NCBI GenBank assembly: GCA_021613535.1
Contig: CP075494.1
Coordinates: forward strand, 11,160,001-11,224,000
Length of the DNA stretch: 64,000 bases
Reading direction: 5' to 3'
From: Adineta vaga
Lineage: Eukaryota > Animalia > Rotifera
The position numbers and the translations under genes were made by a program. The notes below the pieces were generated by a model. That model saw nothing but the letters and a program-made list of their open reading frames with translations, was not told the DNA's origin and did no database searches. This document shows, piece after piece, positions 12,472 to 24,792 of the stretch. Every line of letters begins with the position of its first letter. Within the stretch, counting starts at the first letter, position 1.

Positions 12472-13603
12472 TTAATTATTCGGTGTATTCAATGATAGAT
12501 TAGTTAGTATTGTATCATCATTATCATCATTAATAGTGGAATGATTGTGCTGCGTGTCATTATCTTCACCGCCAATCAAAACAGGTCGAAGTCGAGATAC
12601 GGGTGGAACTTCGTCGTCATCATCGTCGTTGTCATCACTACTCCATGACAGCACACGGTGTTCGTCAAGATTATTACTTGTTCGCCAAGTATTTGGGTTT
12701 GTCGTACTCGGATTACCAAGGCCATCAGCAGGTTGTCGAATAGCTGTTCGATTAGTATCATCAATCGGAAGAACGATAGGAGGTGTCAACGTTGGTTCTT
12801 CTCCATCAGCATTCGATCGAGATCTACTTACAACAGATTGATCTATAGGAGAAGAATTTGCGATTATTGATGGAACTGATGAGACAAGAGATGGTACAAC
12901 AGGTGTTTCAAGATTCGATTGAGCCACATTTTGTAGATCAAGTTTTAATCCACCTACGCCTTTTTTTGGGGCCGATATTAAATCATATTTAATTCGACGT
13001 CGACGTTGTGTATCATTCAAACGATATTGATTCATATTTTCAAAATCGACGACATAAAGATGACCAACAATGAGAATTTCTAATCGTCGATCACCACGTC
13101 GAAATGATTGATCAATTTCATCATTAGTTCGTTGATCATACAACCACCAACCATTACGTCCTTCATAGTACCTAAATCAAACAAGAAAAAACAATCATTT
13201 CTTATCTAAATTTCTCTGAATCAGCTATGAGACAATCTTAGTCATTCTCGAATATATTGAAGTGCGACAGCTGCGTAGTAAAAGAAATAATATCATACCA
13301 CACATGACGAGAAGTTGAATTACTAGTTGAAAGTGTTTCATCATCACGTAATGTTGCTGCTAATACATTTGGTTTATCAATTAATTCACGTGAAAATGGT
13401 TTTCTACAAAGAAGTCATCAATAGAAGATTTTGTTTTCATGAAATAGTAAATCTTACCGACAAAGAGCACAATTATGGCTCACATTTGCTACACCTTTGA
13501 CACATAGAAAACAAAAGGAATGTCCACAGGGTAATTTTACAGGATTTACAATTGATTGTAAACATACACTACAATCCGCGGAACGATGTGAACTAGTGCT
13601 CAT
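12472..13603 (-). CDS. RNF146: E3 ubiquitin ligase RNF146/Iduna (RING + WWE)
   Basis: C3HC4 RING (CSVC...PCGHSFCFLC...CALC), then WWE domain WYYEGRNGWWLYDQR...RRRRIKYD...PKKGVGGL; two short introns. Confidence 0.92.
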
Positions 13604-13949
13604 AATTGATAGTCTTTTTTTTCTTCTTGTTGACAGACAATCAATCATCTATCAAGTATACGACGAAAAATTAACGTTCTACGCACTCCGATTAGATAGA
13701 ATTCTATCCGATTAGAAACAAATAAGATCGATACACTGACATCTACAGAAATGATTTGAAATATTTAGTATACATGATAATTGATGAAACACTTTAACAA
13801 TTTATCTTCGAACGAAAACGTTTGTTTGATGAAAATTTATTTTTACAAAGTAAGACTATCTATCCATAGTAATGAGCATGTTAATGGTACTGAACAGTAG
13901 CGAGAAATCAGATCTGATCGGTGAGAACTGAGAAGTGAAGTGAGTAGTC

Positions 13950-15370
13950 ATGATGGAGCTACCTCAACAACCATTCCGATGGTCAGCTCAATTCGGTCCA
14001 TCACTCACCAATAGTTTCGATGAACGACAACTCATTGATCGAGGAACAAGAAATCCAGAAGGTTTGTATATAGTAATAAATTGCAACTAAAGATCTATCT
14101 TGCAGGACCATCTCGCTTACGAAGTCCCATTCCACCGGATCCTGGTTATGGAAAGGATGATCGCCCTGGAGGGTATGAATAACCATACGATTTCATCTTG
14201 TCTGATCAAAGATGTACTATTTCTGTAGTGATCCTCGTCGATCTTTACATCTTCGTGGATCAGATGCAAAAGCTATTTATAAACGAGCGATTGCAAGTGC
14301 TGGCGCTCCATATCTTCATAATATTCGATATCCAAATATGTTCTATCCTAGAACAGGAGGTACGAATGAAAAAGTCTTAGTTCAATGAGACAAAACTAAT
14401 ATTCATTTGATAGAACTGCCAAAAAATCAATTGAATGAAAACGTTAAACGAATGCATCGTATCATGCGTGAAACACAAAAACGACAAAAACAAAAAGAAG
14501 ATATGTCAAAACCAATTCCTGCAAAAGAACTTTGGCAATCTAAACAATACAGTCATGTACAATCGAAAGTGAAACAAAAACTCAACGAAGTAGATCGAGA
14601 TTAGTAAAGACAATGTATTAATCATATGTATATTATCTAGGATAATGAACGATCAGATTCACGTCCTCAATCAGCGCAAGGTCGTTTTCTTCGAGCTCAT
14701 GAAAATACGGGACCAAAATTTCTTCGATCTCAATCCGTTTGTTGTCCTCGTCGAGAACGCATTGGTTCATCGGAAAATCTCGTAGGATGGTGGTTTCTTC
14801 TTTATACTCATTCGTTTCCTTTTCTTTAGATAAAAACTGTACCAGTTGATAGGGAAACGAAAGCTGATTTTGTTAAAATCAATTCTGGATATGTAAAAAC
14901 AATTCCTAAAACACGTAAAACTGTTAGTGCAGAAGTTGTTGAAGAATTTCGAGAAAAACAAGAAAAAGATTTACAAAAGTATCAAGAAAAACAAAATGGA
15001 CGTGTGCCTGATTAGTAAGTCATTTTGTTTATAAAAAAATACCTTTTTTTCCGATTCGGGTTTCTTTCGTAGCATTGAGAAGATCAAAGAAAAACGCGAT
15101 GAAAACGCCTACCAAACACGAGCAAATGCGCCAGATCCAGATTGTCCTCCAGGTCACAAGAAAATCGATAATCAAAAACGTCTCTCAACATTACAACAAC
15201 TTCAAATGAATCGAAATGAATTAGAAAAAAACCTTCATCATTTACCAATTCGTAATGATTCTCTTATACTTCGTCGAACGAAAGAAGATATCGAAAAAAA
15301 AATTGTTGAATTAGATGAAGCGATTCAAATCTTCTCCAAACCAAAAGTCTTCATGAAAATCAACGAATAA
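13950..15370 (+). CDS. ENKD1: Enkurin domain-containing protein 1, multi-exon
   Basis: N-terminal EGPSRLRSPIPPDP (ENKD1 EGPSRISGPIPPDP); enkurin domain GRVPD...PDPDCPPGH...IVELDEAIQIFSKPKVFMK. Confidence 0.88.
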
Positions 15371-15948
15371 TCTCTAAAACTTTTTTTTTTATTATTTCAA
15401 TCTATTATCTATGTATAAATTATTGGGCATGTCTTCCACTACTAATAAAATAAAATCGGATTATTTTCTGACAACTTCACATAGATTTGTACGCACGATA
15501 CTATTTCATTAGTACACTCAGAGTAAAGAAATTCAATATTGAATTATGTTTATGACTTGGCATTCTTTCCATATATAAATATATTTAAAACAAGACAATC
15601 AACTATTTTCTCCAACGGAAACAGGAAATTAGAAACGACGACTCGCTATTCTTCTTATTTATAGAGAAAATTCATTCATCAATTCAACACTTAACCATAA
15701 GCACCATATGATAGTAATGTTAGTCATATGACATTTCTTCTCTTTGTTGATAGATCATTCTTTCTGATTATTCTATCTTTTCGCAACATTCATCTCGATT
15801 TTAATATTTAATAGATTTGAGAACAATAGTTATTCTATAGGAGAATGCACTTGACTGAGTTAATTATACAACAAAAAAAAAAGTAAAATTTCACACTGAC
15901 TTAACTCGTTAGAATCGTTGCAGAAAATCTTGTTCATTCGTTGACATA

Positions 15949-16398
15949 ATGGTTTATGTCCAAGCTATTATCTTGCTGACAATACATTTCTTTCAAATGA
16001 TATCGTCATCCTCGTCGAAATTTGATAATCGTGCATTAACTATCGTCAAATCTATTGATGATTATTTTTGTCAAAATTACATTTTAACATGTTTTTTTCG
16101 TCAACGATATCATCGATCATTAAATGATCAACCATTTGATAAATGTAAATCATTTTTAACTTTACATTCATGTCTTTATCATTATCCGGAATCGATACAA
16201 ATGTGTTCTCAAATTCTACTTAATCAAATGAAGAAAAATCTTACGAATGAAACTCCAACATATTGCTTTACTTCGACGATATATGAAACCTTTTATATTC
16301 AACATCTGCATTCGATTGCTTTCTCACTTAGGACGATGATCAACTGGCAAATATTCATATATGTTTTTTCTACTCATCTTATTTACTATTTGTATTAG
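15949..16398 (+). CDS. Small secreted, probably GPI- or TM-anchored six-cysteine protein
   Basis: Intronless 149-aa ORF with an N-terminal hydrophobic signal, six Cys and a hydrophobic C-terminus; AATAAA just downstream. Confidence 0.65.
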   Translation: MVYVQAIILLTIHFFQMISSSSSKFDNRALTIVKSIDDYFCQNYILTCFFRQRYHRSLNDQPFDKCKSFLTLHSCLYHYPESIQMCSQILLNQMKKNLTNETPTYCFTSTIYETFYIQHLHSIAFSLRTMINWQIFIYVFSTHLIYYLY

Positions 16399-16463
16399 AA
16401 TATCTTGTTAATAAAACATATGTTATTATTCCAGCTGATGGGATGAAAAAACAAATCAATTGA

Positions 16464-17431
16464 TTAAGTTTCAAGTAATTTTAATGTTTGTTTTCCATCA
16501 ATTTCTTCCATTTCTTTGAGAATCAAAGCAGTATTATAACGAAGTTCATTGAATCGTTTTATCGGTACCTAAAAGAATAGATTATTTTTATTGAGTAAAC
16601 ATAGTTTTACAAGATTTACTTCAAACGTTAATATTCGATTATCATTAGTACGAAATTTAAAGAATAACAATGGTTCAATACATCGTGATAAAGATCTAAA
16701 ATCGAAACATTGTTAATTGGAAAAGAAAAACAAATCATCTTTCAACATACGCTGTGGTTAAAGTAACATCTAGATTCCAATCAAATGATTTCAGTAATGG
16801 TAAACGCGGACGATCATATTCTTGAACGATATTATACAGTTGATCGCGTCTAAAAGTATATCATTATCGTAATATGTACAAAGAATAACATACTTTGATC
16901 CAAAAAGAATATTATGAAATTCTTCACTAATTTCTTCGGAAAATCTAAGTAGAAAAGATTGTAAGCAAGAAGATTGCTTTGATAAATTTACTTTAAATCA
17001 CGTAGATCATCTTTGAATATCTAAAAGAGAGAGAGAGAGAATGAATGCTTATCTTCATTCAAATATAGTTTACATCTGATTTAAGAAATGCGGCTGGTGG
17101 TTTTAGTGCAAGACGAAGAACAGTAACAAATCCATTGTATATGATAATTAATTTTTCGATCGAAATAGAATATTTTTTTGAACATTTTGTTAAATGATCA
17201 AGTGATGCTGATGATTGTTCATTTAAAATTTGACTTTCGCTCACTAGAAATATGAAAGCATCGAGAAGTATACAATCGAATAGATTTCGTTTTTTTCTTA
17301 CGAGAAATAAGTTTTTGAATAGCTGGAAATGGTAAGGAATTGCATTCTTTCAATGCTTGAACACAGAGAGATATTGCTTTAGGTACAGACCATCCATAGA
17401 ATGGATCTTGATAAGAACGATGATCCGGCAT
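16464..17431 (-). CDS. COMMD5: COMM domain-containing protein 5
   Basis: Spliced C-terminus LPLLKSFDWNLDVTLTTASLSRCIEP...FEVPIKRFNELRYNTALILKEM matches the COMMD5 COMM domain (FEVPTAKFQELRYSVALVLKEM). Confidence 0.88.
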
Positions 17432-17715
17432 ATTATAAGTATGAAGAAGAGAAAATGAATGAACACACGTTTGTTATTAGTTTTTATGATCGGAGTAAAA
17501 TTGACGAAAGAAAAGAATGATAGACAGATGGAGCTATTGAATATGTCTATATTATGGATCTTTGCAAACAATTAATTTTCAACGAAAGCAATATTTTATC
17601 AGTTTTTATTTCTTGCTAGCCGCAAGGTCTATGTTGACTTTCTTTGTATGGTTTTGATAAAAGCAACCATTAACTATTCTTTCATAATAGCTTAAATAGA
17701 AGAGAAACTGAATCC

Positions 17716-19042
17716 ATCTGTAAAGCTCTCAAATAAGCAACACAAAAATGTGAACAGAATGCTGTCTCCATGAGTTTTGTGGCATCGAGCAAGAGATTAG
17801 AACCATATTTTGTGTACGCGCAAATTGTCAAAGAAATATTATTAACTATTAACTTTGAACAGAAACATATACAAAACTATGTTGATTATTGTCGCAGTAT
17901 ATATGCTACTGATAGAGAAGAATTGAAAACAATTAGACAATATCGGAATAGAACACCCATTTGGGTGTACACATATGATTGTTTTCTTTATCCTATGCTA
18001 AATCGTGCTTTGAGAGTAATGGATGGTAATATTATTAAACAGTTGGGCTTTTTCATTAATGATCTTCATCGACATATTGAGCATCTTCATGAAGAACAAT
18101 ATTCTGATAAATCCTCTCTTAACACTTTTACAGTGTATCGTGGATAAGATTTATCCAAGACTGATTTTGAACAATTAATACGAACGAAGGGTGGATTAAT
18201 ATCCTTTAACAATTTTTTATCGACCAGTCAAGTTTGAGAAGTTTCTGTCACGTTTGCTAAAACTGCGATGAGACAATCAGATTTAATACGAATTCTATTT
18301 GTGAAGACAATTGATCCGTCGCAATCAACAATATCTTTTGCTTCCATTCTTGATGTGAGTTATTTCGGAAACGAAATGAAGTCCTTTTTCTATGGATTCT
18401 ATTTTTCGTATTCATGACATTAAACTAATGGAAGAAAATAAAAATCTTTACCAAGTAAATTTATCACTAACGGCTGATGACGACAAAAAATTGTGTGAAC
18501 AGACAGATCATATTCGAGAAGAGAGTTTTCCAGATAAAGACGGATGGTACAGATTAGGTGCAGTACTATTTAAAATGGGACAATCCAATGAAGCTGAAGA
18601 AATCTTTAGAATACTGCTTCAACAAACAATGGATGAGAGTGGAAAAGCATCAATTTATAGTCAACTTGGTTTGATCAAATTTCATCAAGGAAAATATCAA
18701 GAGACATTAAGCTTTCATAAGAAGGCATTAAATATCCAAAAAGAATCCTCGCCTCCTAATAAACTTGATATGGCATTAACCTACAATAACATCGGTATAT
18801 TATATAAAGCCATGAATGATTATTCAAAGGCACTTTCTTATTATGAAAAAGCTCTTATCATTCGACAACGATCACATCCTTCTAATCATTCAGAATTGAC
18901 AAAATCTTACCTTGATCATGGTAGTATTTATAAGAATTTAGATGATCTTTCAAAAGCAATAAACTCTTACCAAAAAGCACTTGAAATTCAACAACAATCA
19001 CTGCCTCCTAATCATCCTAATCTGACTGCATCCTTCAACAAT
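17716..19042 (+). pseudogene. Truncated pseudogene of the ADP-ribosyltransferase-TPR family (paralogue of 47194-49620)
   Basis: Colinear similarity to the 808-aa gene (CEQNA.S.SF, FLYPMLNRALR.M.G, VYRG, SFNNFLSTS, GWYRLG, TPRs). In-frame stops at 17734, 18145 and 18235; frameshift near 18375 at the catalytic ExE; N-terminal domain missing; 3' end broken near 19042. Confidence 0.9.
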
Positions 19043-19205
19043 TTATTTATTAGTAGATATTTTGTATGAAGAACAAAATGGCATAACTTTTGACTATAGG
19101 GCCATGTGTATGAATTCTTTTTAGATTTTTATTAGTCATATTTATGTCTCCTTATGGTCAAAATACGAAATCTAAGATTAGTGAACATTTCGGATGCCTA
19201 CCTTC
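19043..19205. mobile_element. Possible non-autonomous DNA-transposon remnant truncating the pseudogene
   Basis: Homology to the TPR repeat stops abruptly mid-repeat at about 19042 and is replaced by unrelated sequence. No matching second terminus or TSD was found. Confidence 0.2.
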
Positions 19206-20115
19206 TAAATATTAGAAGAACATCATTTGATGATTGCCGTATTCATGCAGATACTGAAATCAGCTTATCTTAATTTAAACAAATTTGAATATGATCTTAA
19301 ATTAGATCTATTTGTTGAATATCTCATAAGACTCTTAAGCACGGATGAAACGGTTCGTGATAGCTGCTCACATTCACGCTGAAAATCTTTCCACATAACT
19401 AGCCTCACTTTTATCTTATCTATACCTCTACTGTCGTTTGCCAAGGTGACACAGATGTACAACCATGCACCGAATTTTGTATTAGTTATGATAGCCTAAC
19501 AGTTGTACGTGAAAATTTCTTTAGTGTTTTACATGGAGAAGTTGGAAGTATCGAACAACAGCGACAAAATGATTCATCACTAGAATAAATAATTCCATAA
19601 GTTTAGGGGAAACTTTGATTTGACAACAGCAACTTGAGTGTGTACATAGCAGTAGTCAGGTACACGTAAAGCGAGAATATAGAAAAATAAAGCAACCATA
19701 CGATTAAAAAAGTTTGAAAGCTTCACATCTGTACTTCCCCGTGTTTGTGTAAGACGACGTCATTTTATTTTTATGCAAATGAAAATATACCACGACGACA
19801 ACACCTTACACATATACTGAAAACTTATTAAGTCTAAAACATTTTCTGTCAGCCGACTGTTTCTGCGGAGTGAATTAGCAATTATTCAAATCTCTATTGA
19901 AACTACCAGTATTTTCTTTATGTGAGATGCAATTGATGTTCAGTTTTTTTTGAAGATAATCACTTGTTAATTTATTTAAAGAAAAATTAGTTTGAATACA
20001 CTTAAAAACAATGAAAAAGCTGTGGTGCTTTCTAGTTTATTATTACTGTATATAATCAATATCAGATTTCCAAACATTTGCGAGAACAACATTCACATCA
20101 AGTAGAATAAAAGAA

Positions 20116-20641
20116 TTAATGTCGAACCCAGACCCAAGCTTGTTCCCAATGACCTGATTTCTTTCCGAATATACCGCAGCAGCAGCAAAGTAAAACAATG
20201 ACGCCAATGACAATACCAGCAATACTACCTCCTGACAACGATGAACCTTGGGTCGATGTGTAATAGTCGTTATAATATGTTGTAGTATAATTAAAGAATA
20301 CGACTTTCTGTGCTCGTGTCGTTGTATTCAAACTTTTCTCTTCTGAAATGATCGATTCAAAGGTCGATGCGTTCACAGTTGAATTAGTTATTGTAGAACC
20401 AATAGATACTAATGAATTCCAACTCATTGCTTCTTCTGTTGGAGGACGATATGTTGAACTGTAAGATGAGCGATCATTGATCACTGGTATGAGACGCGCA
20501 GCTGTGACTATATAAAGAGAAGTTGTAAAAAAGAATTTTAGAATATGTGTCTGCGATAGACGTAGAAAAACTATTGAATAAAGACGAACCTAAGAGAGTG
20601 AACAGCATGATTGTCGCAATACATGCACAGTTTGATACCAT
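20116..20641 (-). CDS. Small type I membrane protein (signal, S/T-rich stalk, TM, CCCC cluster, short Trp-rich tail)
   Basis: ATG at 20641-20639, a 49-nt GT-AG intron (20590-20638), then an open frame from VRLYSIVF... to ...GGSIAGIVIGVIVLLCCCCGIFGKKSGHWEQAWVWVRH*. Confidence 0.65.
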
Positions 20642-21097
20642 CACTTATGTTTAAGTTTAAAATTTTTTTCCTTGAATGACTGACAGTTTTGTATTTAAAT
20701 ATCTATTTTTCGTCAAGGATTAACGGAAGAACATTTTTTCCAACTTTCGTGTAGTTCCTACCACAGAATTCGATTGCACCTTAAAGCAACATTGAATACA
20801 TTTTTGAATTACAAGAGCAGCTAGTCTCAACTTCCTCTGTTCGAGTGATGATTCATGAAGAGGGAAAAGAGGAAAAAACCATGAGAAATCTATCACGAAA
20901 TAAGTTGATCGCGATCTTGCAAAATCAAGAATCAATCTCGAACGCCGTAAAAAGAAATTATTATTTGACATTGTCTTCTTTTCCATTAAAAAAAATGTTC
21001 GAAAATAATATGTGCTTGTGCTAAGTGAAACATTTCATCGCTAAGAATATGAATGACCAGAAATGTCCAGCAATCATGGTTAGATAATACATTATTG

Positions 21098-21101
<4 letters not shown>

Positions 21102-21136
<35 letters not shown>
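21102..21136. repeat. (AG)n microsatellite
   Basis: About 17 AG units seen directly; similar tracts near 9155-9172 and 56178-56195. Confidence 0.95.
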
Positions 21137-21139
<3 letters not shown>

Positions 21140-21518
21140 GCGAAACATACGTTAGAGATGACGAACACTACAAAACAAAAATCAGTTCAACTAAAAAGAG
21201 ATCTTTCATTTTTAGCAGTTTCTTTCTTCAACTATAGATAATGTCTCATTGACAAATATTCTAAAGAAAAACATGATCATCATAATGAACCAGGATTAGC
21301 AAGTTTTCTTATTATATCACATCGTAGAAGCTTTCACATTCAGCATTCTCTGAAGTAGAACAGATGGCGCTGGTGTTTATCAGCGACTATGAATTAAATA
21401 TACATCGACATTGGTCGATATAAACATCCAGGAAATATCTATATTTTAAAGTTCGATTCGATTAAATCTTTCATTCATTCATCATTAGTTCTATCTAGAG
21501 AGTGTATTCTCATCTAAA

Positions 21519-23116
21519 ATGACACTTCAGTTTGAGGGTTGTGCTTATTTTCGTCAACGTCTAGCTTTATCAACACTTAGTTGTACACCAATCAAAATAA
21601 AAAACATCCGATCACAAGAAAATGAACCTGGATTACGCAGTAATACCATCAATATATTGATTTTCTCACATTTTATCGTTTATTTTTTTCATAGATTTCG
21701 AAATCAATCTATTACATTTATTAGAAAAATTAACAAATGGAAGTAAAGTAGAAATTAATGCAACTGGTACTTCACTTTACTACGTTCCTGGTGCTTTAAT
21801 TGGTGGTATTGTCGAACATCAATGTTCATTAGAACGTGGAATTGGTTATTTTCTTGAACTTGTTCTCTATGTGGCACCGTTTATGAAAACAGCTTTGGAA
21901 CTCCGATTACAAGGTGTCACAAATGATCGTGATGATCCTTCCGTAATTAATTTTCTTTATTTCATCTGATTATATCATCGTATTGTGTTCTATTCAGGTT
22001 GATTTAATTAAATATTCAGCTATACCAGTAATGAAACGATTTCTGGGATCAGATGACGGTTTAGAACTTAAAGTAAATAGTATTAAGTGCAAATTGATTA
22101 TCTCTTAATTAAATTTTATAGATCACTAAACGAGGTGCAAAACCAAATGGTGGTGGTGAAATTCTATTTCGTTGTCCAACAAAAATGAAATTACGACCAT
22201 GTCAATGGACCGATACAGGAAAAATCAAACGAATTCGTGGTGTTGCGTAAGAATATATTTGTTTTTTGAATACTTCTCCTCTCTATTAGATTTTCTAAAA
22301 TTCTAGATATGCTATGCGTGTATCACCAAGTTTAGCAAATCGATTGATTGAAACTGCCAAAGGTTTATTATTGAAATTTTTACCCGATGTTTATATTTAT
22401 GTGGATCATCAAAAAGGACCTAATGCTGGTTTGTAAGTTTTGTATCCAAAAAAAAAAGGAAAAATTATTATATATGAATTGAATTCAATAGATCACCGGG
22501 TTATGGTTTAACCTTAGCTGCTGAAACGAAAAATGGTTCTGTGATATCTGCCGAAAGTTGTTCAATACCACGAGCAGAAGAAGGTACAACAACCACAATC
22601 ACCATTCCAGAAGATTTAGCAAAAGAAGCTGTATTTAAACTTCTTGATGAAATTTATAAAGTAAATACGAGAAAAAGAAATTCGACTGATATTAAACGAT
22701 GCAAATTTTTTAAGGCAGGTGTTGTTGATTCGTTTGGTCAAGCATTAACATTTCATTATATGGCACTCAATCAAGCAGATGTTTCAAAAGTTATCACTGG
22801 CCCATTGAATTCTTATTCGTACGTATTCAATTGATTTGTATCATACGTTTGATTTTATAATATTCTGTTTAGAATGCAGTATCTTCGATATTTGAAACAA
22901 TTCTTTCAAGTTATGTTTAAAATCGAGAATGCAAAAGAAATTCCTCGAGTTGTCAGAGAAAAGATGGACGAAGATGATGATGATGATGATGATGAAGAAG
23001 AAATAAACGAATCAGATGAAGAAAAAGACGATGATGAATTAAAAACTGGCAGTTCGAAAATTCTCTTAACTGCCATTGGAATTGGTTATCATAATCTAAC
23101 GAAAACTCTGATCTAA
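21519..23116 (+). CDS. RCL1: RNA 3'-terminal phosphate cyclase-like protein RCL1, multi-exon
   Basis: MTLQFEGCAYFRQRLALSTLS...IKNIRSQENEPGLR, CSLERGIGYFLE, GVTNDRDDPSVD, KRGAKPNGGGE, SPGYGLTLAAET, GIGYHNLTK. Confidence 0.93.
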
Positions 23117-23676
23117 ACAAAAAAATATATATCTGTCTTTGTTTTGTTTTGTTAATTTTGTTTTGGTTATTTTCAACCGAATATAACATTGATAATGAAA
23201 TACTTATTTTTACTTAATCCTACTTATTGTCAGCTGAATGTCTTAGCTAGTTATACTTATAGAAAAGAGAACCCTTCGCAAATAATTAATCAGCAGTTGT
23301 CAACTGAAAACTTGTGTCTAAAGAGTAGAAAAATATCTTATTATTTATTAAAAATCGTTCTAATGCATTCTTTTCATCGAAAGATCCTTTATTATTAATT
23401 TGAAAGAGAATATTTACATCTATATTTTGCGTATTGATTAATATTGAACACGCATACATACATTTGGTAGATTAGATTTCAACTGTTTATAAGAAGATCG
23501 AACTAGTTTCCAATTGAGAAATGATAAGATTATATAGAGGAAACATTTTTTCAACATATCAAATATCAGTAATCAAATCAAGAATGTACCCAGGTAGTTT
23601 ATATAATCTTCGAAGAAGAAGAAGAGGGTAGTACGCATGAGATATATTCTTTTATTTTGAAAGAGAAAAAGGAAAT

Positions 23677-24792
23677 TCACAAACCGGTTGAAGTAAATAA
23701 ACCAAATGTCTGAAAACGTCTGTGAGTGGTATGTCCAGGTCCCAAACCTAATAATTGTCGTAATGTTAAACGAAATTGTGGCGAAGCAATACCATATAGA
23801 ACAAAATTTAATGCATGATTTGAATAAGATAGAACTAATGTAATTGAATTATATAAACGATAACGATGTTCTTGATTAAGTTCTTGAAAAACTTGTCCAA
23901 TAACAATGGGTGCGAGAAGAACAACAAAAACAATATTTAATATTAATAACATATAAGAGATTTGTTTGGCACGTCGTGTACTCTTGCGCGTTTTCTTTTG
24001 AGATTTTTTAGTCAATGGAGTTTTACTTAGAGAGAAAAACAATCGATAAGCAATAATGCCAGCACAAATAGTCATGATAAGAAATGGAATAAGTACATAA
24101 GAAAAAAGATCAATAATACTGTAAGGTTTTTCAAAGAAATGAAAATAAATTTCCGATGTATTATGTGTACAAACAATGATCTGTTGATGGGATGATATAT
24201 TCTTTTGATTTGAATGAATAATTGTTCGTTTTGAACCCATAAATAATAGAATATGACTATTTATTAATGAAATAATTATACACATTCCAATAAATATTCG
24301 ATCGGCAGATTTTGGACGACAAAAACGTTTATTCAATTGAATAACTGTACATGCAATGGCACGATCAATTGAAACAAGTGTTAATATCCAAGATGATAAA
24401 TGTGTTGTAACATAGGTAAGAAATGTATGAAATTTACAAAGAAATAAATTTTGTTCACGAATATCAAATTGAAAATAATCTCGTAAGATTAAATGACCTA
24501 AACCTAAATAAATAACAATTAAATCAACAATTGATAGATAGGCTAAATAACGAAATGTTGAATGGGTTCGTAATTGTTTTTGTGTAAAAACAATAAATGA
24601 TAACGAATTTCCAATACTTCCAACAAATAAACAAATTATTGCAAAGGGCCGTGTCAGACGTGGATCATAGATATCACTGGGTGAAAAGAAAATATCCGTT
24701 GTTAATGGTGTACCTGTTGTTGTTACATTTGAATGAATATCGGTTTGTTCTGTAGTTGCAACCGAACTTGTGATAGGCCATATAAATGACAT
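23677..24792 (-). CDS. Rhodopsin-class (class A) GPCR, peptide-receptor-like, intronless
   Basis: Seven hydrophobic segments; GN in TM1, LSIVDL in TM2, Cys and SIDRA in TM3, LAP in TM6, NHALNFVLY in TM7, helix 8 FR. Confidence 0.9.
   Translation of the reverse strand: MSFIWPITSSVATTEQTDIHSNVTTTGTPLTTDIFFSPSDIYDPRLTRPFAIICLFVGSIGNSLSFIVFTQKQLRTHSTFRYLAYLSIVDLIVIYLGLGHLILRDYFQFDIREQNLFLCKFHTFLTYVTTHLSSWILTLVSIDRAIACTVIQLNKRFCRPKSADRIFIGMCIIISLINSHILLFMGSKRTIIHSNQKNISSHQQIIVCTHNTSEIYFHFFEKPYSIIDLFSYVLIPFLIMTICAGIIAYRLFFSLSKTPLTKKSQKKTRKSTRRAKQISYMLLILNIVFVVLLAPIVIGQVFQELNQEHRYRLYNSITLVLSYSNHALNFVLYGIASPQFRLTLRQLLGLGPGHTTHRRFQTFGLFTSTGL

Noticed and set aside
12545-12870. Plus-strand ORFs overlapping RNF146, and similar shadow ORFs across other genes
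   Set aside because: Antisense or alternate-frame shadows of real exons.
12472-19042. Functional link between RNF146 (ADP-ribose reader) and the nearby ART-TPR genes
   Set aside because: The RNF146 WWE recognises poly-ADP-ribose made by tankyrase/PARPs, whereas R-S-E enzymes are mono-transferases. With a probably large dispersed family, proximity is likely chance.
19265-19462. 65-aa minus-strand ORF with helical-looking sequence
   Set aside because: No start or splice context and no recognisable family; it may be a gene or TE fragment but this cannot be supported.
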